The notes beneath the pieces were generated by a model, which ran no database searches, was not told where the DNA came from, and saw only the letters and a program-made list of their open reading frames with translations. Position numbers and translations under genes: made by a program. Shown here piece by piece: positions 9,214-19,244 of a stretch of DNA of 64,000 bases. This DNA comes from Candidatus Algichlamydia australiensis (GTDB lineage: Bacteria; Chlamydiota; Chlamydiia; Chlamydiales; JAJFMI01), in the NCBI GenBank assembly GCA_033977065.1, contig JAXCHI010000003.1, forward strand, positions 96,001 through 160,000. Direction: 5' to 3'. Position 1 is the stretch's first letter. Each line of letters starts with the position of its first letter.

Positions 9214-11304
9214 ATGTCCGAAACCGCACAGCAGCAAGAATTAAAAAATTTACGTAACATTGGCATCATGGCCCACATCGATGCAGGAAAGACAACCGTT
9301 ACAGAGCGGATCCTCTTCTATGCAGGCCGTCTCCATAAAATTGGGGAAGTACACGAGGGTGGTGCCACCATGGACTGGATGGAGCAAGAGAAAGAGCGTG
9401 GGATCACGATCACTTCTGCTTCCACCGCCGTCTTTTGGGGTGATAGTAAAATCAATATTATTGATACTCCCGGACACGTCGACTTTACCGTTGAGGTAGA
9501 GCGCTCTCTTCGCGTTCTCGATGGATCTGTCGCCGTATTTAGTGCCGTTGATGGTGTTCAGCCTCAGTCAGAAACAGTCTGGCGTCAAGCAGAAACTTAC
9601 GGTGTACCTCGTATCGCCTTCATTAACAAAATGGACCGCGTCGGTGCTGACTACTTCTACTGCATCGACAGCATGAAAGAAAAACTTGGCGCTAACGCCT
9701 TTGCTGTTCAATGCCCAATCGGAGCAGAAGGTGATTTCCAGGGAATGGTTGATCTTGTTGCCATGAAAGCCTACGTCTTTAAAGACGAAACAATGGGTGC
9801 TGAGTATGAAACTACAGAAATCCCTGCTGATCTTCTAGACAAGTGCCAAGAATTACGCACAGCTCTTCTTGATGAACTTGCAACCATTGATGAGAATGAT
9901 GAAGAGTTTATGATGAAAGTGCTAGAAGCACCTGACACTTTAACAGAAGATGAAATTCACACAGTCATCCGCAAAGGTGTCTGCGAGAATAAAATCAATC
10001 CCGTACTCTGCGGAACCGCCTTTAAAAATAAGGGTGTACAACCGCTGTTAGACGCAATTGTACGCTGGATGCCCTCTCCAATCGATATTGGAAACACCAA
10101 AGGTTCAAAACCTGATAGCGAAGAAGAGCTTGAGCTTGCTCCCGATCATGAAGCGCCATTCTCTGCACTCGCCTTTAAAGTCATGACTGACCCCTACGTG
10201 GGCCGTCTTACCTTTATCCGTATCTATTCCGGAACATTAAAAAAAGGAATGAATCTCCTCAACACGACAAAAGGAAAAAAAGAGCGTATCTCTCGTATCT
10301 TGGAAATGCACGCGAACGATCGAAAAGATTGTGACGAAGCAGGCACAGGATCTATTGTCGCTGTTATTGGACTAAAAAATACAACAACAGGTGACACACT
10401 CTGCTCTCCTGACGCTCCCCTTATTCTTGAAAAGATGGAGTTTCCAGAGCCTGTTATCTCGATGGCGATTGAGCCAAAGTCAAAAGCGGACCGAGAAAAA
10501 CTCTCTGTAGCTCTAACTTCGCTTTCAGAAGAGGATCCTACCTTCCGCGTTTCAACAAACGAAGAGACTGGACAGACCATTATTGCAGGAATGGGTGAAC
10601 TGCACCTTGAAATTCTAAAAGATCGCATGATGCGTGAATTTAGCGTTGAGGCAAATGTTGGAGCCCCTCAGGTCTCTTACAAAGAAACCATCACTATTGC
10701 TGGAAAATCCAATACCAAGTTTGCAAAACAGTCCGGTGGTCGCGGTCAATACGCACACGTCTGCCTTGAGATTGAACCAAACGAAGCAGGTAAAGGAAAC
10801 GAAGTTGTCAGCAAAATTGTTGGGGGAGTTATTCCAAAAGAGTACATCCCCTCAACAATTAAAGGTGTCGAAGAGGGACTTGATAACGGTGTTCTTGCCG
10901 GATTCAACCTCGTTGATGTTAAAGTTGCCATCGTCTTTGGTTCCTATCACGAAGTAGACTCCTCTGAAATGGCCTTTAAGATCTGCGGATCGATGTCCCT
11001 AAGAGAAGCTGCAAAGACTTGTAAGCCGATCATCCTAGAACCGATCATGAAAGTGGTCGTTACAACTCCTGAAGATTTCTTGGGAGATGTAATGGGAGAT
11101 ATCAACCGTCGTCGCGGAAAGATCTTGAACCAGAAAAACCTAAAAGGTGTCGTCGTTTTTGAAGCGGAAGTACCGCTGAGTGAAATGTTCGGCTATTCAA
11201 CACAACTCCGCTCCCTAAGCTCTGGGCGCGCAACATTTACAATGGAACCAAGTCATTTCAGTGCTGTTCCAAAAAAAATCCAAGAAGAATTATTGAAAGG
11301 ATAA
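9214..11304 (+). CDS. fusA: Elongation factor G
   Basis: [33 protein letters not shown]. Confidence 0.99.
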   Translation: MSETAQQQELKNLRNIGIMAHIDAGKTTVTERILFYAGRLHKIGEVHEGGATMDWMEQEKERGITITSASTAVFWGDSKINIIDTPGHVDFTVEVERSLRVLDGSVAVFSAVDGVQPQSETVWRQAETYGVPRIAFINKMDRVGADYFYCIDSMKEKLGANAFAVQCPIGAEGDFQGMVDLVAMKAYVFKDETMGAEYETTEIPADLLDKCQELRTALLDELATIDENDEEFMMKVLEAPDTLTEDEIHTVIRKGVCENKINPVLCGTAFKNKGVQPLLDAIVRWMPSPIDIGNTKGSKPDSEEELELAPDHEAPFSALAFKVMTDPYVGRLTFIRIYSGTLKKGMNLLNTTKGKKERISRILEMHANDRKDCDEAGTGSIVAVIGLKNTTTGDTLCSPDAPLILEKMEFPEPVISMAIEPKSKADREKLSVALTSLSEEDPTFRVSTNEETGQTIIAGMGELHLEILKDRMMREFSVEANVGAPQVSYKETITIAGKSNTKFAKQSGGRGQYAHVCLEIEPNEAGKGNEVVSKIVGGVIPKEYIPSTIKGVEEGLDNGVLAGFNLVDVKVAIVFGSYHEVDSSEMAFKICGSMSLREAAKTCKPIILEPIMKVVVTTPEDFLGDVMGDINRRRGKILNQKNLKGVVVFEAEVPLSEMFGYSTQLRSLSSGRATFTMEPSHFSAVPKKIQEELLKG

Positions 11305-11307
11305 ATC

Positions 11308-11652
11308 ATGGCCAAGCAAACAAAAAAACCAGCGCCTGCGAAACCAGCGCAAAAAAAGATTCGCATCCGCCTCAAAGGCTATGATCAGCGCGTACTTGAC
11401 CGCTCTACAGCCGATATCGTAGAGGTAGCAAAACGTACAGGAGCCCGTGTTATTGGGCCAATTCCTCTACCTACAAGAAGAGAGATCTTTACTGTGCTTC
11501 GCTCTCCTCACGTGCACCGCAAATCACGCGAGCAGTTTGAGATGCGCACACACATCCGCCTTCTTGAGATCATGAACCCTACCCTGGACACTGTTGATAA
11601 ACTCAAAGTTCTTCCAGTTGCTGCTGGTGTAGACATCAAAATCAAGGCGTAA
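11308..11652 (+). CDS. rpsJ: 30S ribosomal protein S10
   Basis: [30 protein letters not shown]. Confidence 0.98.
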   Translation: MAKQTKKPAPAKPAQKKIRIRLKGYDQRVLDRSTADIVEVAKRTGARVIGPIPLPTRREIFTVLRSPHVHRKSREQFEMRTHIRLLEIMNPTLDTVDKLKVLPVAAGVDIKIKA

Positions 11653-11661
11653 AAGTATTCT

Positions 11662-11916
11662 ATGACACAAGGAACCCGCCCCCCTAGTGAGTCAACACGC
11701 CTAAACGATCAATACGCGATAACAGGCGAGGATGACGGTTGCTGCAATACAATTTGTAAAATTGCAGAAAAACTGTTTGTGAGCGGAGCAAACACACCCC
11801 CACCAAGCAGAAGAAAGATCCCTGCAGGGGGTGGTTCAGATTACAGAAACGGCAATGCCTACTTTGATAATCAAGATGAACAACCCTCTTCCTCAAATGA
11901 TTGCGTTATTATGTAA
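11662..11916 (+). CDS. Small hydrophilic orphan protein ending in the CaaX motif CVIM
   Basis: ATG 9 nt after the rpsJ stop; fills the gap to a convergent gene. Confidence 0.6.
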   Translation: MTQGTRPPSESTRLNDQYAITGEDDGCCNTICKIAEKLFVSGANTPPPSRRKIPAGGGSDYRNGNAYFDNQDEQPSSSNDCVIM

Positions 11917-11923
11917 CAAAGAG

Positions 11924-12235
11924 CTAAGAAAGCCCATTCAGCAAGATAGCCGCATCATCGACTAGCTGCCGGTAGGCAGCGCGGTCTTCTTCTACAGTAA
12001 GATAGTGCTCTAAATCTGAGCTAAAAACCGTGTAGTCCGCAAAAATTTGCCCCCCAATCCCCTGAGCCATCTTTTTTAGACGATCGTGGTCTAAACGAAT
12101 CTTTTCTAACATTTTAGGCACTTGCTCCTCACGAGGATTATCTTCTAACTTCTTAATTCGCAACATGAGGTCCTGCAAAACTTTGTGCATCTCGGCTTTT
12201 TCAGCTGTAAGTCCGTCTCTATCTAATTCTTCCAT
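11924..12235 (-). CDS. Hypothetical helical protein
   Basis: 103-aa ORF co-oriented with and 9 nt from the upstream gene. Confidence 0.65.
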   Translation of the reverse strand: MEELDRDGLTAEKAEMHKVLQDLMLRIKKLEDNPREEQVPKMLEKIRLDHDRLKKMAQGIGGQIFADYTVFSSDLEHYLTVEEDRAAYRQLVDDAAILLNGLS

Positions 12236-12244
12236 ACGATTATC

Positions 12245-12580
12245 CTAGTAGTTAGGGTAAATATCATCTGTATTAATCTGCTCATAGCCGGGTGGGTTGG
12301 CAAACTTGACATACTTGCCCACAACACGTCCATCACGCACCACAATATAGTAACGCTTTACTTGAACAACAGTTACTCCCATACTCAAGTGCTCAAAGTA
12401 TTCATAAATATCGCAGTCATTGCCGCGAGATCGCACTGAGTAGGGCTTACCATAATTATTGACAACGTGTTCAATTGACTCCCCAATATTGATAGAGGCA
12501 AACTCTTCGCGCGTCATCGGTTTTCCGCCTGTTGCACAGGCCGCAAAGAATAAAAATAAAATTGCTGTTTTCTTCATCAT
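12245..12580 (-). CDS. Small lipoprotein, SmpA/BamE-like
   Basis: Lipobox FAAC; INIGESIEHVVNNYGKP motif. Confidence 0.65.
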   Translation of the reverse strand: MMKKTAILFLFFAACATGGKPMTREEFASINIGESIEHVVNNYGKPYSVRSRGNDCDIYEYFEHLSMGVTVVQVKRYYIVVRDGRVVGKYVKFANPPGYEQINTDDIYPNY

Positions 12581-13701
12581 TAGAACATATACCTACGGGT
12601 ATAGATACTCTGTAGGATACCGAGTGCCGCCATCGCAGTCAAGCTTGACGTTCCTCCATAGCTGACTAAAATTAAAGGTATGCCTGTAATAGGAAGTAGT
12701 GAGCACATCATTCCTAAATTCAAAATAATATGCACCCCCAAATAGACAGAAATTCCAGCCGCAAGCAGACGACCGTATGGATCAGGTGCTACCGCTGTTA
12801 CTCGAAACCCCGCGTAAAGCAGCAAACTAAACGCCAGAAGCATAAAAAGTGCTCCCATCAACCCAAACTCTTCAGTAAAAGCGGGAAAGATTGAATCTGT
12901 TGCTGCTTCTGGTAACCAGTTTTGTCCTGTATAACTACTTTTGCGATATCCCTTACCCTTCACTCCCCCAAGCGCAATCGCTGTTTGTGCCGCCCTTTGG
13001 TGGTATGTATCGGGATTCAGGCGCTCGTACTGGTACTCTTTAATAAATTTAGTTGCAAGCGGCTTCGCATCGGCGTGTGAAATCAGTCCCAAGTAGATGG
13101 TCAAAACAGCAGCTGTCCCCAGGCAAGCGCACCAAGCAACCGCTCTCACAACTTTTGGCATCACACCGCCAAAATAGAGCATCACAAGAGCAACGGGAAA
13201 AAGAACAAGGGCGGTACCCAAATCGGGCTGCTTTAAAATCAATACAAAGGGAATCATAACAAGGCCCATCGCCTGAAAAAATGTTTGCAAAGAGTGACGC
13301 TGATGCAATTTTTTTTCTAAAAAACTACTTAGGGTCAAAACCATAATGGGCTTTGCAAACTCTGAGGGCTGGAAATAAAAATTCACAACAGGTAGCCGGT
13401 ACCAGCGATGCACTCCATGCAAAGCAGGTAGAAAGTAAAGCCCGAGCAGAGAGAGCGTAATAAAAAAATAGAGAAACCAACTCCAAAACCGCAGCTTGCG
13501 GTAATCATAGCAAGCAAAAAAGAGAAAAACAGCCCAGCCCAAAACAAACGATTGCATCTGACTTTTCACCCTAGGCGTAAAAAAAGTCGTTCCCAACTGT
13601 CCCGTCGTTGCAGAAATAGCCATCAGACTCAAAACCATCAGAATAAGAATAATGGCGCACATACGAAAATCGAGTTTGCGCACCATTGTAAAATCGATCA
13701 T
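12580..13701 (-). CDS. rodA: Rod shape-determining SEDS protein
   Basis: FQPSEFAK; QPDLGTA; LPEAATDSIF; LPITGIPLILVSYGGTS. Confidence 0.93.
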   Translation of the reverse strand: MIDFTMVRKLDFRMCAIILILMVLSLMAISATTGQLGTTFFTPRVKSQMQSFVLGWAVFLFFACYDYRKLRFWSWFLYFFITLSLLGLYFLPALHGVHRWYRLPVVNFYFQPSEFAKPIMVLTLSSFLEKKLHQRHSLQTFFQAMGLVMIPFVLILKQPDLGTALVLFPVALVMLYFGGVMPKVVRAVAWCACLGTAAVLTIYLGLISHADAKPLATKFIKEYQYERLNPDTYHQRAAQTAIALGGVKGKGYRKSSYTGQNWLPEAATDSIFPAFTEEFGLMGALFMLLAFSLLLYAGFRVTAVAPDPYGRLLAAGISVYLGVHIILNLGMMCSLLPITGIPLILVSYGGTSSLTAMAALGILQSIYTRRYMF

Positions 13702-13732
13702 AATCTAAATACTATCTGGAAGGAGTGTTGCA

Positions 13733-14413
13733 GTGCAAGTTGAGAAAATTCTCTTTGAAACTATTGATTCGACAAACAAGTGGGCAAAAGAGCATTTAAC
13801 AGAGCTCAAACCGGACACACTCTATGTTGTGCGCGCAGAAGAGCAAACCATGGGATATGGGCGCCGCGGTCATGATTGGATCTCCCCCAAAGGAAAAAAT
13901 CTCCTCCTAACCCTTGCTCTTTTACCAGAATCCCCAGCTCTTCTCACACACAGAATGTGTCTTAGCTTAGCGAAAACATTAGAGGAGTACTCTCTTCAGC
14001 CAAGAATCAAGTGGCCTAATGACCTCTTTTTAAACGGAAAAAAAATTGCAGGCGTTCTCTGTGAGATCCAAAATGGCATTGCTTACTTAGGTCTTGGTCT
14101 CAACGTTAATATGGAAAAGCAAGTTGACTTTGCCGCAACCTCACTACTAATTGAAACAGGTAAAGAGTTTGACCGAGATGAAGTAGAGCAAAAAATCATC
14201 GCAAATTTTCTGAAAACTGCGTTTGAAAAAACCCCCTATGAAGAGCGCATGATCTTTCTCAATCAGACAATCACCATCGAAGATGAGGGAAAATGGAAAA
14301 AAGGTATTTGTAAAGGGATCAATGAAAATGGAGCGCTACTTCTAATGATTGGCGAGAAGACACTGCCAGTTTTCACAGGTCGGGTGTTACCACCAAGTCA
14401 GGGTGGACTTTAG
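13733..14413 (+). CDS. birA: Biotin-protein ligase (no HTH)
   Basis: IDSTN; GYGRRG..WISP; IKWPND; KKIAGVL. Confidence 0.93.
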   Translation: MQVEKILFETIDSTNKWAKEHLTELKPDTLYVVRAEEQTMGYGRRGHDWISPKGKNLLLTLALLPESPALLTHRMCLSLAKTLEEYSLQPRIKWPNDLFLNGKKIAGVLCEIQNGIAYLGLGLNVNMEKQVDFAATSLLIETGKEFDRDEVEQKIIANFLKTAFEKTPYEERMIFLNQTITIEDEGKWKKGICKGINENGALLLMIGEKTLPVFTGRVLPPSQGGL

Positions 14414-15089
14414 CGCGCAAAATTCCTTGAATTGCAGAGAGCGTGGAGCCCGTAGCTGCATAGCAAGTAACGCAAGCACCTTGATATGTGATCACAACCT
14501 CCCGATCCTCTTTCAAGTTTTTGACTTCCACTCCACCAGCGTCAAGCTCTACATAAGGAGCGACCTCTTCAGCGATCACATTTTTGATTAAGTCAATTTT
14601 TCCTTTGCTGTCCAGTAAGCCCCACTCTGGATGCGGCCCTTCACTTTCTAAATTTTCAACAGGAGATGTTTGAATGGGCCCTTCAACCTCAATGTCGTGG
14701 CAAAATTTTAATGCCTCATCAAGAAGAGAAAGAGAGAGGTTGATCTGCCCTGCCCCCTCCTCAGGAAATTCCCCGTAAAAATGTTCCAGCAATTTGCTAC
14801 TAATTCTTCCCGCTTGCACCACATTTTTGCGAATCGCAAGTTGACAGAGCGCTTCCAAAGCTGCAATGTGCAGGGGATCTCCCTGGCAAAGATAGCGCGC
14901 ATCTGCAATCACTCCATCCTCTTCATCAACCAAAAGAGAGAGCTTGGCATGAATAAAGCCTTCTTTCTCTTCTGCTTGTACAAGACGCATACAGCGCTTC
15001 TTTGCGCTCTCTTCTGAAAATGAGCCATAGCAGCGAGGCTGCAAAACTCGCTCTTTTAATTTTTTAGAAAATAGGCGCCAATTTAGCAT
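14373..15089 (-). CDS. nifU: NifU-like Fe-S scaffold protein
   Basis: C-terminal NifU domain PYVELDAGGV..YQGACVTC; follows the nifS-like gene. Confidence 0.85.
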   Translation of the reverse strand: MLNWRLFSKKLKERVLQPRCYGSFSEESAKKRCMRLVQAEEKEGFIHAKLSLLVDEEDGVIADARYLCQGDPLHIAALEALCQLAIRKNVVQAGRISSKLLEHFYGEFPEEGAGQINLSLSLLDEALKFCHDIEVEGPIQTSPVENLESEGPHPEWGLLDSKGKIDLIKNVIAEEVAPYVELDAGGVEVKNLKEDREVVITYQGACVTCYAATGSTLSAIQGILRAKVHPDLVVTPDL

Positions 15090-16132
15090 GGAGAGAGTTT
15101 TCCTAATTTAGTGCAACACTCCTGAATACGGTCAACTGCCTCTTCAATATCCTCTTCGCTCATCTCAGCTGTTATCGTAAAGCTCAGCGCATTTTTTTCT
15201 GGGAAAAGGGTTGCATAAAGTTTGTTATCGACAAGATAGTAGAGAAGCGCCTCTGCGTGAACTCCAGGAAATCGCATACAGCTTACCTGAGGTAAGCGCT
15301 CACTCTCTGCATAGAGCTTTTCTGCTTTTGGTAGCTGCTCCTCAAGCAAATTGCGCAAACGCGCCATCTCAAGAGAGGCAAATTCTGAGCGCTTGCGCAA
15401 CTCAAAAATCGCCTCTCCTATCGCAATAAGTTCTGCGGGACTTGCTGGAATTTTTGAAAGAGCAACATGAATAGGAGTGATAAATTTTTGAAAAAGTGCC
15501 CCTGTTCCCTTCGGTGCACCAATTGCCTGCCCCTCAAAACTCAAAAAATCTATCGGCAAATCTTCAAAACGAAAGAACATCTTTCCTAAAATCGCACTCG
15601 CATCTACATGCACATAGACGCCTTGATCGCGTGCAACTTTGGCGATCTCCCAAATGGGATAGATCACACCCGTTTTCTCATCTGCCCAAGGCAGAGAGAG
15701 TAAACAAGTGCGCGGCGAAATTGCTTTGGCAACCTGCTCAGGCGTAATCAACCCCTCTTCATTTGGCTCTACAATTTTTGTGACAACACCCGCTTTTGCA
15801 AATGGCTCAAACACCTTAGCATGAACGCGGGTTGTCAAAATATGATTGCGACCTGTCGGCTGAATCAAATCGAGGTAGAGCGCCTGACCAATTGCGTTTA
15901 GCGCCTCTTCAGTTGAAGAGATGAAAAAAAGTTGATCTTTTTTGCTCGCGCAGACGAAGCGGTGAACCTCATCAAACGTCTCTTCAATCAAGCGCCCCTC
16001 TCGCCCTTGCAAAGAGTAGGGCTGATCGAGCGCTTGAAAGTGGTCGCGCGAAAACGAAAGTAGAGCGTCGAGCGCCGCCCGATTGGGCTTCTGCGCTCCA
16101 TCAAAAAAAAGAGGCTTCATGTCTTTATCCAA
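15083..16132 (-). CDS. Cysteine desulfurase-like (class V aminotransferase fold), active-site residues degenerate
   Basis: TGVIYPI..IAK; VHVDAS; GAPKGTGAL; lacks the HK lysine and the GSAC cysteine. Confidence 0.75.
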   Translation of the reverse strand: MDKDMKPLFFDGAQKPNRAALDALLSFSRDHFQALDQPYSLQGREGRLIEETFDEVHRFVCASKKDQLFFISSTEEALNAIGQALYLDLIQPTGRNHILTTRVHAKVFEPFAKAGVVTKIVEPNEEGLITPEQVAKAISPRTCLLSLPWADEKTGVIYPIWEIAKVARDQGVYVHVDASAILGKMFFRFEDLPIDFLSFEGQAIGAPKGTGALFQKFITPIHVALSKIPASPAELIAIGEAIFELRKRSEFASLEMARLRNLLEEQLPKAEKLYAESERLPQVSCMRFPGVHAEALLYYLVDNKLYATLFPEKNALSFTITAEMSEEDIEEAVDRIQECCTKLGKLSPC

Positions 16133-16803
16133 TCCCCATTCCGGTACTCATAAATCAAGGGGTGACCGGTAGGAATTTCCAACTCAAGAACTTCCTTTTC
16201 ACTTAAAGAATCGAGTTGCATTACAATCGATCGAAGGGAGTTCCCGTGTGCAGATATTAAAACATTTTTTCCCTTTTTTAGGTAAGGTAGAACCTTTTCT
16301 TGAAAGTAGGGCAACGTACGCTCTGCACAAATTTTTAAGCTCTCTCCGCCAGGTGGTGGCACATCATAACTGCGCCTCCAAATTTTTACTTGTTTCTCAC
16401 CAAATTTGGCGCGCATCTCATCCTTATTGCACCCCTGCAACTCGCCATACATGCGCTCATTCAAATGCCAGCTGCTCAAGACAGGAATCGTGGTCGCCTC
16501 ACTCGCCTCACTATAGATTTTCCCCCACTCCCCCATCTTCTCTTCGCCCTCATGAAGCAAACGAGGGATCTTGCCACTCTCGTGCACACTCATCGCCAGC
16601 ATCGCTGTTAGCGAAGCGCGCATCAGCTTAGAAATAAAGATGACATCAAAGGGAATATGAGCGATTTCACGCCCTGCCTGCAAAGCCTCTTCAATACCCT
16701 TAGGGCTAAGCGGAATGTCGACCCACCCCGTAAATAAATTGTTTTTATTCCACTCCGACTGACCGTGTCGTAGCAAGACTAGTTTAGGAAAATTTTGACT
16801 CAT
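16117..16803 (-). CDS. gpmA: 2,3-BPG-dependent phosphoglycerate mutase
   Basis: LLRHGQSEWN..FTGW; LNERMYG; AHGNSLR. Confidence 0.96.
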   Translation of the reverse strand: MSQNFPKLVLLRHGQSEWNKNNLFTGWVDIPLSPKGIEEALQAGREIAHIPFDVIFISKLMRASLTAMLAMSVHESGKIPRLLHEGEEKMGEWGKIYSEASEATTIPVLSSWHLNERMYGELQGCNKDEMRAKFGEKQVKIWRRSYDVPPPGGESLKICAERTLPYFQEKVLPYLKKGKNVLISAHGNSLRSIVMQLDSLSEKEVLELEIPTGHPLIYEYRNGDWIKT

Positions 16804-16836
16804 ACCTTGAAATGTACGAGTAAGAATCTTTTTATG

Positions 16837-17412
16837 CTATTCGTTTTGCGATTTCCCTCGCAAAATACCTAAATACGACTCTGGGATTTCAATGGAATTC
16901 ATCTCATTTAACTGAGGAAGTCTTTCTTGGGGATGGAAACGAAGGTTGCTAATATTTAAAACCTTTCCTAAAGCAGACTCTGTCGAGCCGGTAAATTGTG
17001 TACTCAACTTGTCCTTCAGGAAACGATCTAAAGATCTCTCTACTAAACCAGCAACTTTAAAACTTTTTGGAAAAATTTGCTGTAATTTCTCTATAGGAAA
17101 ATCTGATTGCAATCTCTCTAAAGTATTCAAATAACTCTGTTGTTTCTTTAGATCCTGGAGCAATACTCCCAAATAATTTGCGTAGACAACCATAGCCAAA
17201 TCTTCACCAGAAAATGAAGCCAATCGCTTTTGGTTATCTTGAATTACTCTCCGAAAAAAATCTTCAGGAGCCGATTCTTCTTTATAAGAAAAATTAAGTG
17301 AAGAGAGCGCAACCTTATTTAGCTCGCGACTCTCTGCAACAGTTTGAAATACCGAGTAAAAACTTTCCTCATCGCCGTGAACCTTATTTGGTGTATTTAG
17401 AGCTATTCCCAT
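16837..17412 (-). CDS. Hypothetical protein
   Basis: 191-aa ORF; no recognised motif. Confidence 0.6.
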   Translation of the reverse strand: MGIALNTPNKVHGDEESFYSVFQTVAESRELNKVALSSLNFSYKEESAPEDFFRRVIQDNQKRLASFSGEDLAMVVYANYLGVLLQDLKKQQSYLNTLERLQSDFPIEKLQQIFPKSFKVAGLVERSLDRFLKDKLSTQFTGSTESALGKVLNISNLRFHPQERLPQLNEMNSIEIPESYLGILRGKSQNE

Positions 17413-17458
17413 CGCAACTTCCTTATTTAATTATCACCTGTTTTGAAAGAACGGAATT

Positions 17459-18350
17459 GTGTCTGCATCTAATTTTGCAAATAGCAACCCTGATCTAAGT
17501 GAGCAAAACCGACACTCTTTTGATAGTAGCCATAATAGCGTGGTCTCTCTTAACGCAATCTCTAAAGCTAAAGGGATAAAGGGTTCCCTTCTTAGCTCCG
17601 CCAAAGGTGGAATTAGCGTTGGAATTGAAGAGCCTGTTCATGGAGGCGGTCTACTACAATTTTTCTTAGAAAGAAACAGCGAAGAAATTGAGAGTGAGTT
17701 AGCAAGCCTCTATCTAAAGTATTTCTCTTTACTCACTCGAACAACTCTAGTAGCAACTGCAAGGAAAAATGTCCTTTTGCAAAACGAAGATTTTATTCAC
17801 AAAGTTTCCGAAAGAACACATTTTACAGCACTTTTTATTTTGCAAGATATCGAAGTCGAGGGAGATGAAAGAGATAGTATTAGATAGCGTCGTCAAAAGC
17901 ATACAACCATCTTATTTTTCATGTTTGGGCTCCATTTTTGTGCTCAAATGAAGCGGAATTTACAAATTCAGCTTCAATTTCCGCACAAAAATAAGCTGCA
18001 AACATGAAAAATAATCTGATTATAGCCTTTTGACGACACTATCTAGTGGATGTCGAGAAACATCAAGAAGCTTCATTCCCCCTGAAAAAATATATAGAAT
18101 ACTTGTAAGTCAAAGGTTTGAGCAATCCCTCCATCCCCTTCAAGAAAAAGTTGTTTTTGTTCCAAGCATTAAAGAAAAGGTCGAATTTTCTTACAAGGAC
18201 GAACATGGAAATCCCCAAACTTTTTCTATTCCAAATCTATCCATTCCAAACTATCAAAGTATATTAGAAGAACTCTTTCAAAATCGTGTTTGTCAAGACC
18301 AACCTATTTATACTCATATGACAAGACTTCCTCTCCCTGAAAGTGAATAA
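17459..18350 (+). pseudogene. Hypothetical gene split by miniature element A
   Basis: Removing 17883-18045 fuses ORFs 17459-17887 and 18030-18350 in frame (..ERDSI-SGCRET..). Confidence 0.7.
17883..18043. mobile_element. 161-bp MITE-like element A with TA duplication
   Basis: TIRs GATAGCGTCGTCAAAAG / CTTTTGACGACACTATC; TA on both sides; second copy at 53189-53348. Confidence 0.88.
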
Positions 18351-18398
18351 TTTACTTACTATCTTTTTTTACCCCGAAATGGTAAAATCAAATGCCTA

Positions 18399-19103
18399 AT
18401 GGAACAGATGAGACTTGCCAAAGCTTTGGCCAAAGCAGGTGTCGCCTCAAGGCGCGCCGCAGAAGAGATGATCTTTCAAGGACTTGTGAAAGTCGATGGT
18501 AGGGTTGTGAAGATTCCCCAGACACCTGTGGCGTTTGGAGAAAACCGCATTGAAGTTCAGGGTAAAGTAGTCAAAAACGAAGAAAAAAAATTTTACTTCA
18601 TCCTCCACAAACCTAAAGGCTTTGTCTGCTCTAGTGCCGATCCTCATGCTAAAAAACTCGTTATCGATCTATTTGCCCATATTCCCGCTCGCCTCTTTAC
18701 TGTAGGCCGCCTCGATCGAGACAGTGTAGGCCTACTGATCGTAACCAATGATGGCACCTTTTCCAACAAGATCATTCATCCTTCAAGCAATGTTTTGAAA
18801 GAGTACATTGTGAAAGTCAAAGAGTTTGTTTCAGAAGAAGAACTTGCTGTGATGGCAAAAGGTTGTTTTGTCGATGGCAAATTTGTTCGCCCTGTTCATG
18901 TAAAAAAATTACGCACGAATCAAGTTAAGGTTGTTGTGCGTGAAGGAAAAAAGCGCGAGGTACGCTGCTTTGTGCAAAAGGCAGGGCTCACTATCGTCGA
19001 ACTCAAACGTACAGCAATTGGTGCCCTAAAACTGGGCCGCCTTCCTCATGGCCACTTTCGCGAAATGACGGCGCGCGAGATGGAATTGATCTTCGAACGT
19101 TAG
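18399..19103 (+). CDS. rluB: rRNA pseudouridine synthase (RsuA/RluB family)
   Basis: S4 domain RLAKALA..SRRAAE; VGRLDRDSVGL; EGKKREVR. Confidence 0.88.
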   Translation: MEQMRLAKALAKAGVASRRAAEEMIFQGLVKVDGRVVKIPQTPVAFGENRIEVQGKVVKNEEKKFYFILHKPKGFVCSSADPHAKKLVIDLFAHIPARLFTVGRLDRDSVGLLIVTNDGTFSNKIIHPSSNVLKEYIVKVKEFVSEEELAVMAKGCFVDGKFVRPVHVKKLRTNQVKVVVREGKKREVRCFVQKAGLTIVELKRTAIGALKLGRLPHGHFREMTAREMELIFER

Positions 19104-19193
19104 TCATTCTTTCCCGCTTCCTTATCGGGTTTAATTCAAAAATACACCAAATATAATTCAATAAAATAAATAAACAAAAACAAAAAAACTACC

Positions 19194-19222
19194 TTGTTTA
19201 ATTTGAATAATAATTGTATAAT
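19194..19222 (+). promoter_or_regulatory. Putative promoter in an AT-rich tract
   Basis: TTGTTT-N17-TATAAT upstream of 19245. Confidence 0.45.
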
Positions 19223-19244
19223 TAAATAAAAAATATTTTTATTT

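Noticed and set aside
8344..11652. str operon lacking tuf, with rpsJ detached from rplC
   Set aside because: This is the normal arrangement in Chlamydiae.
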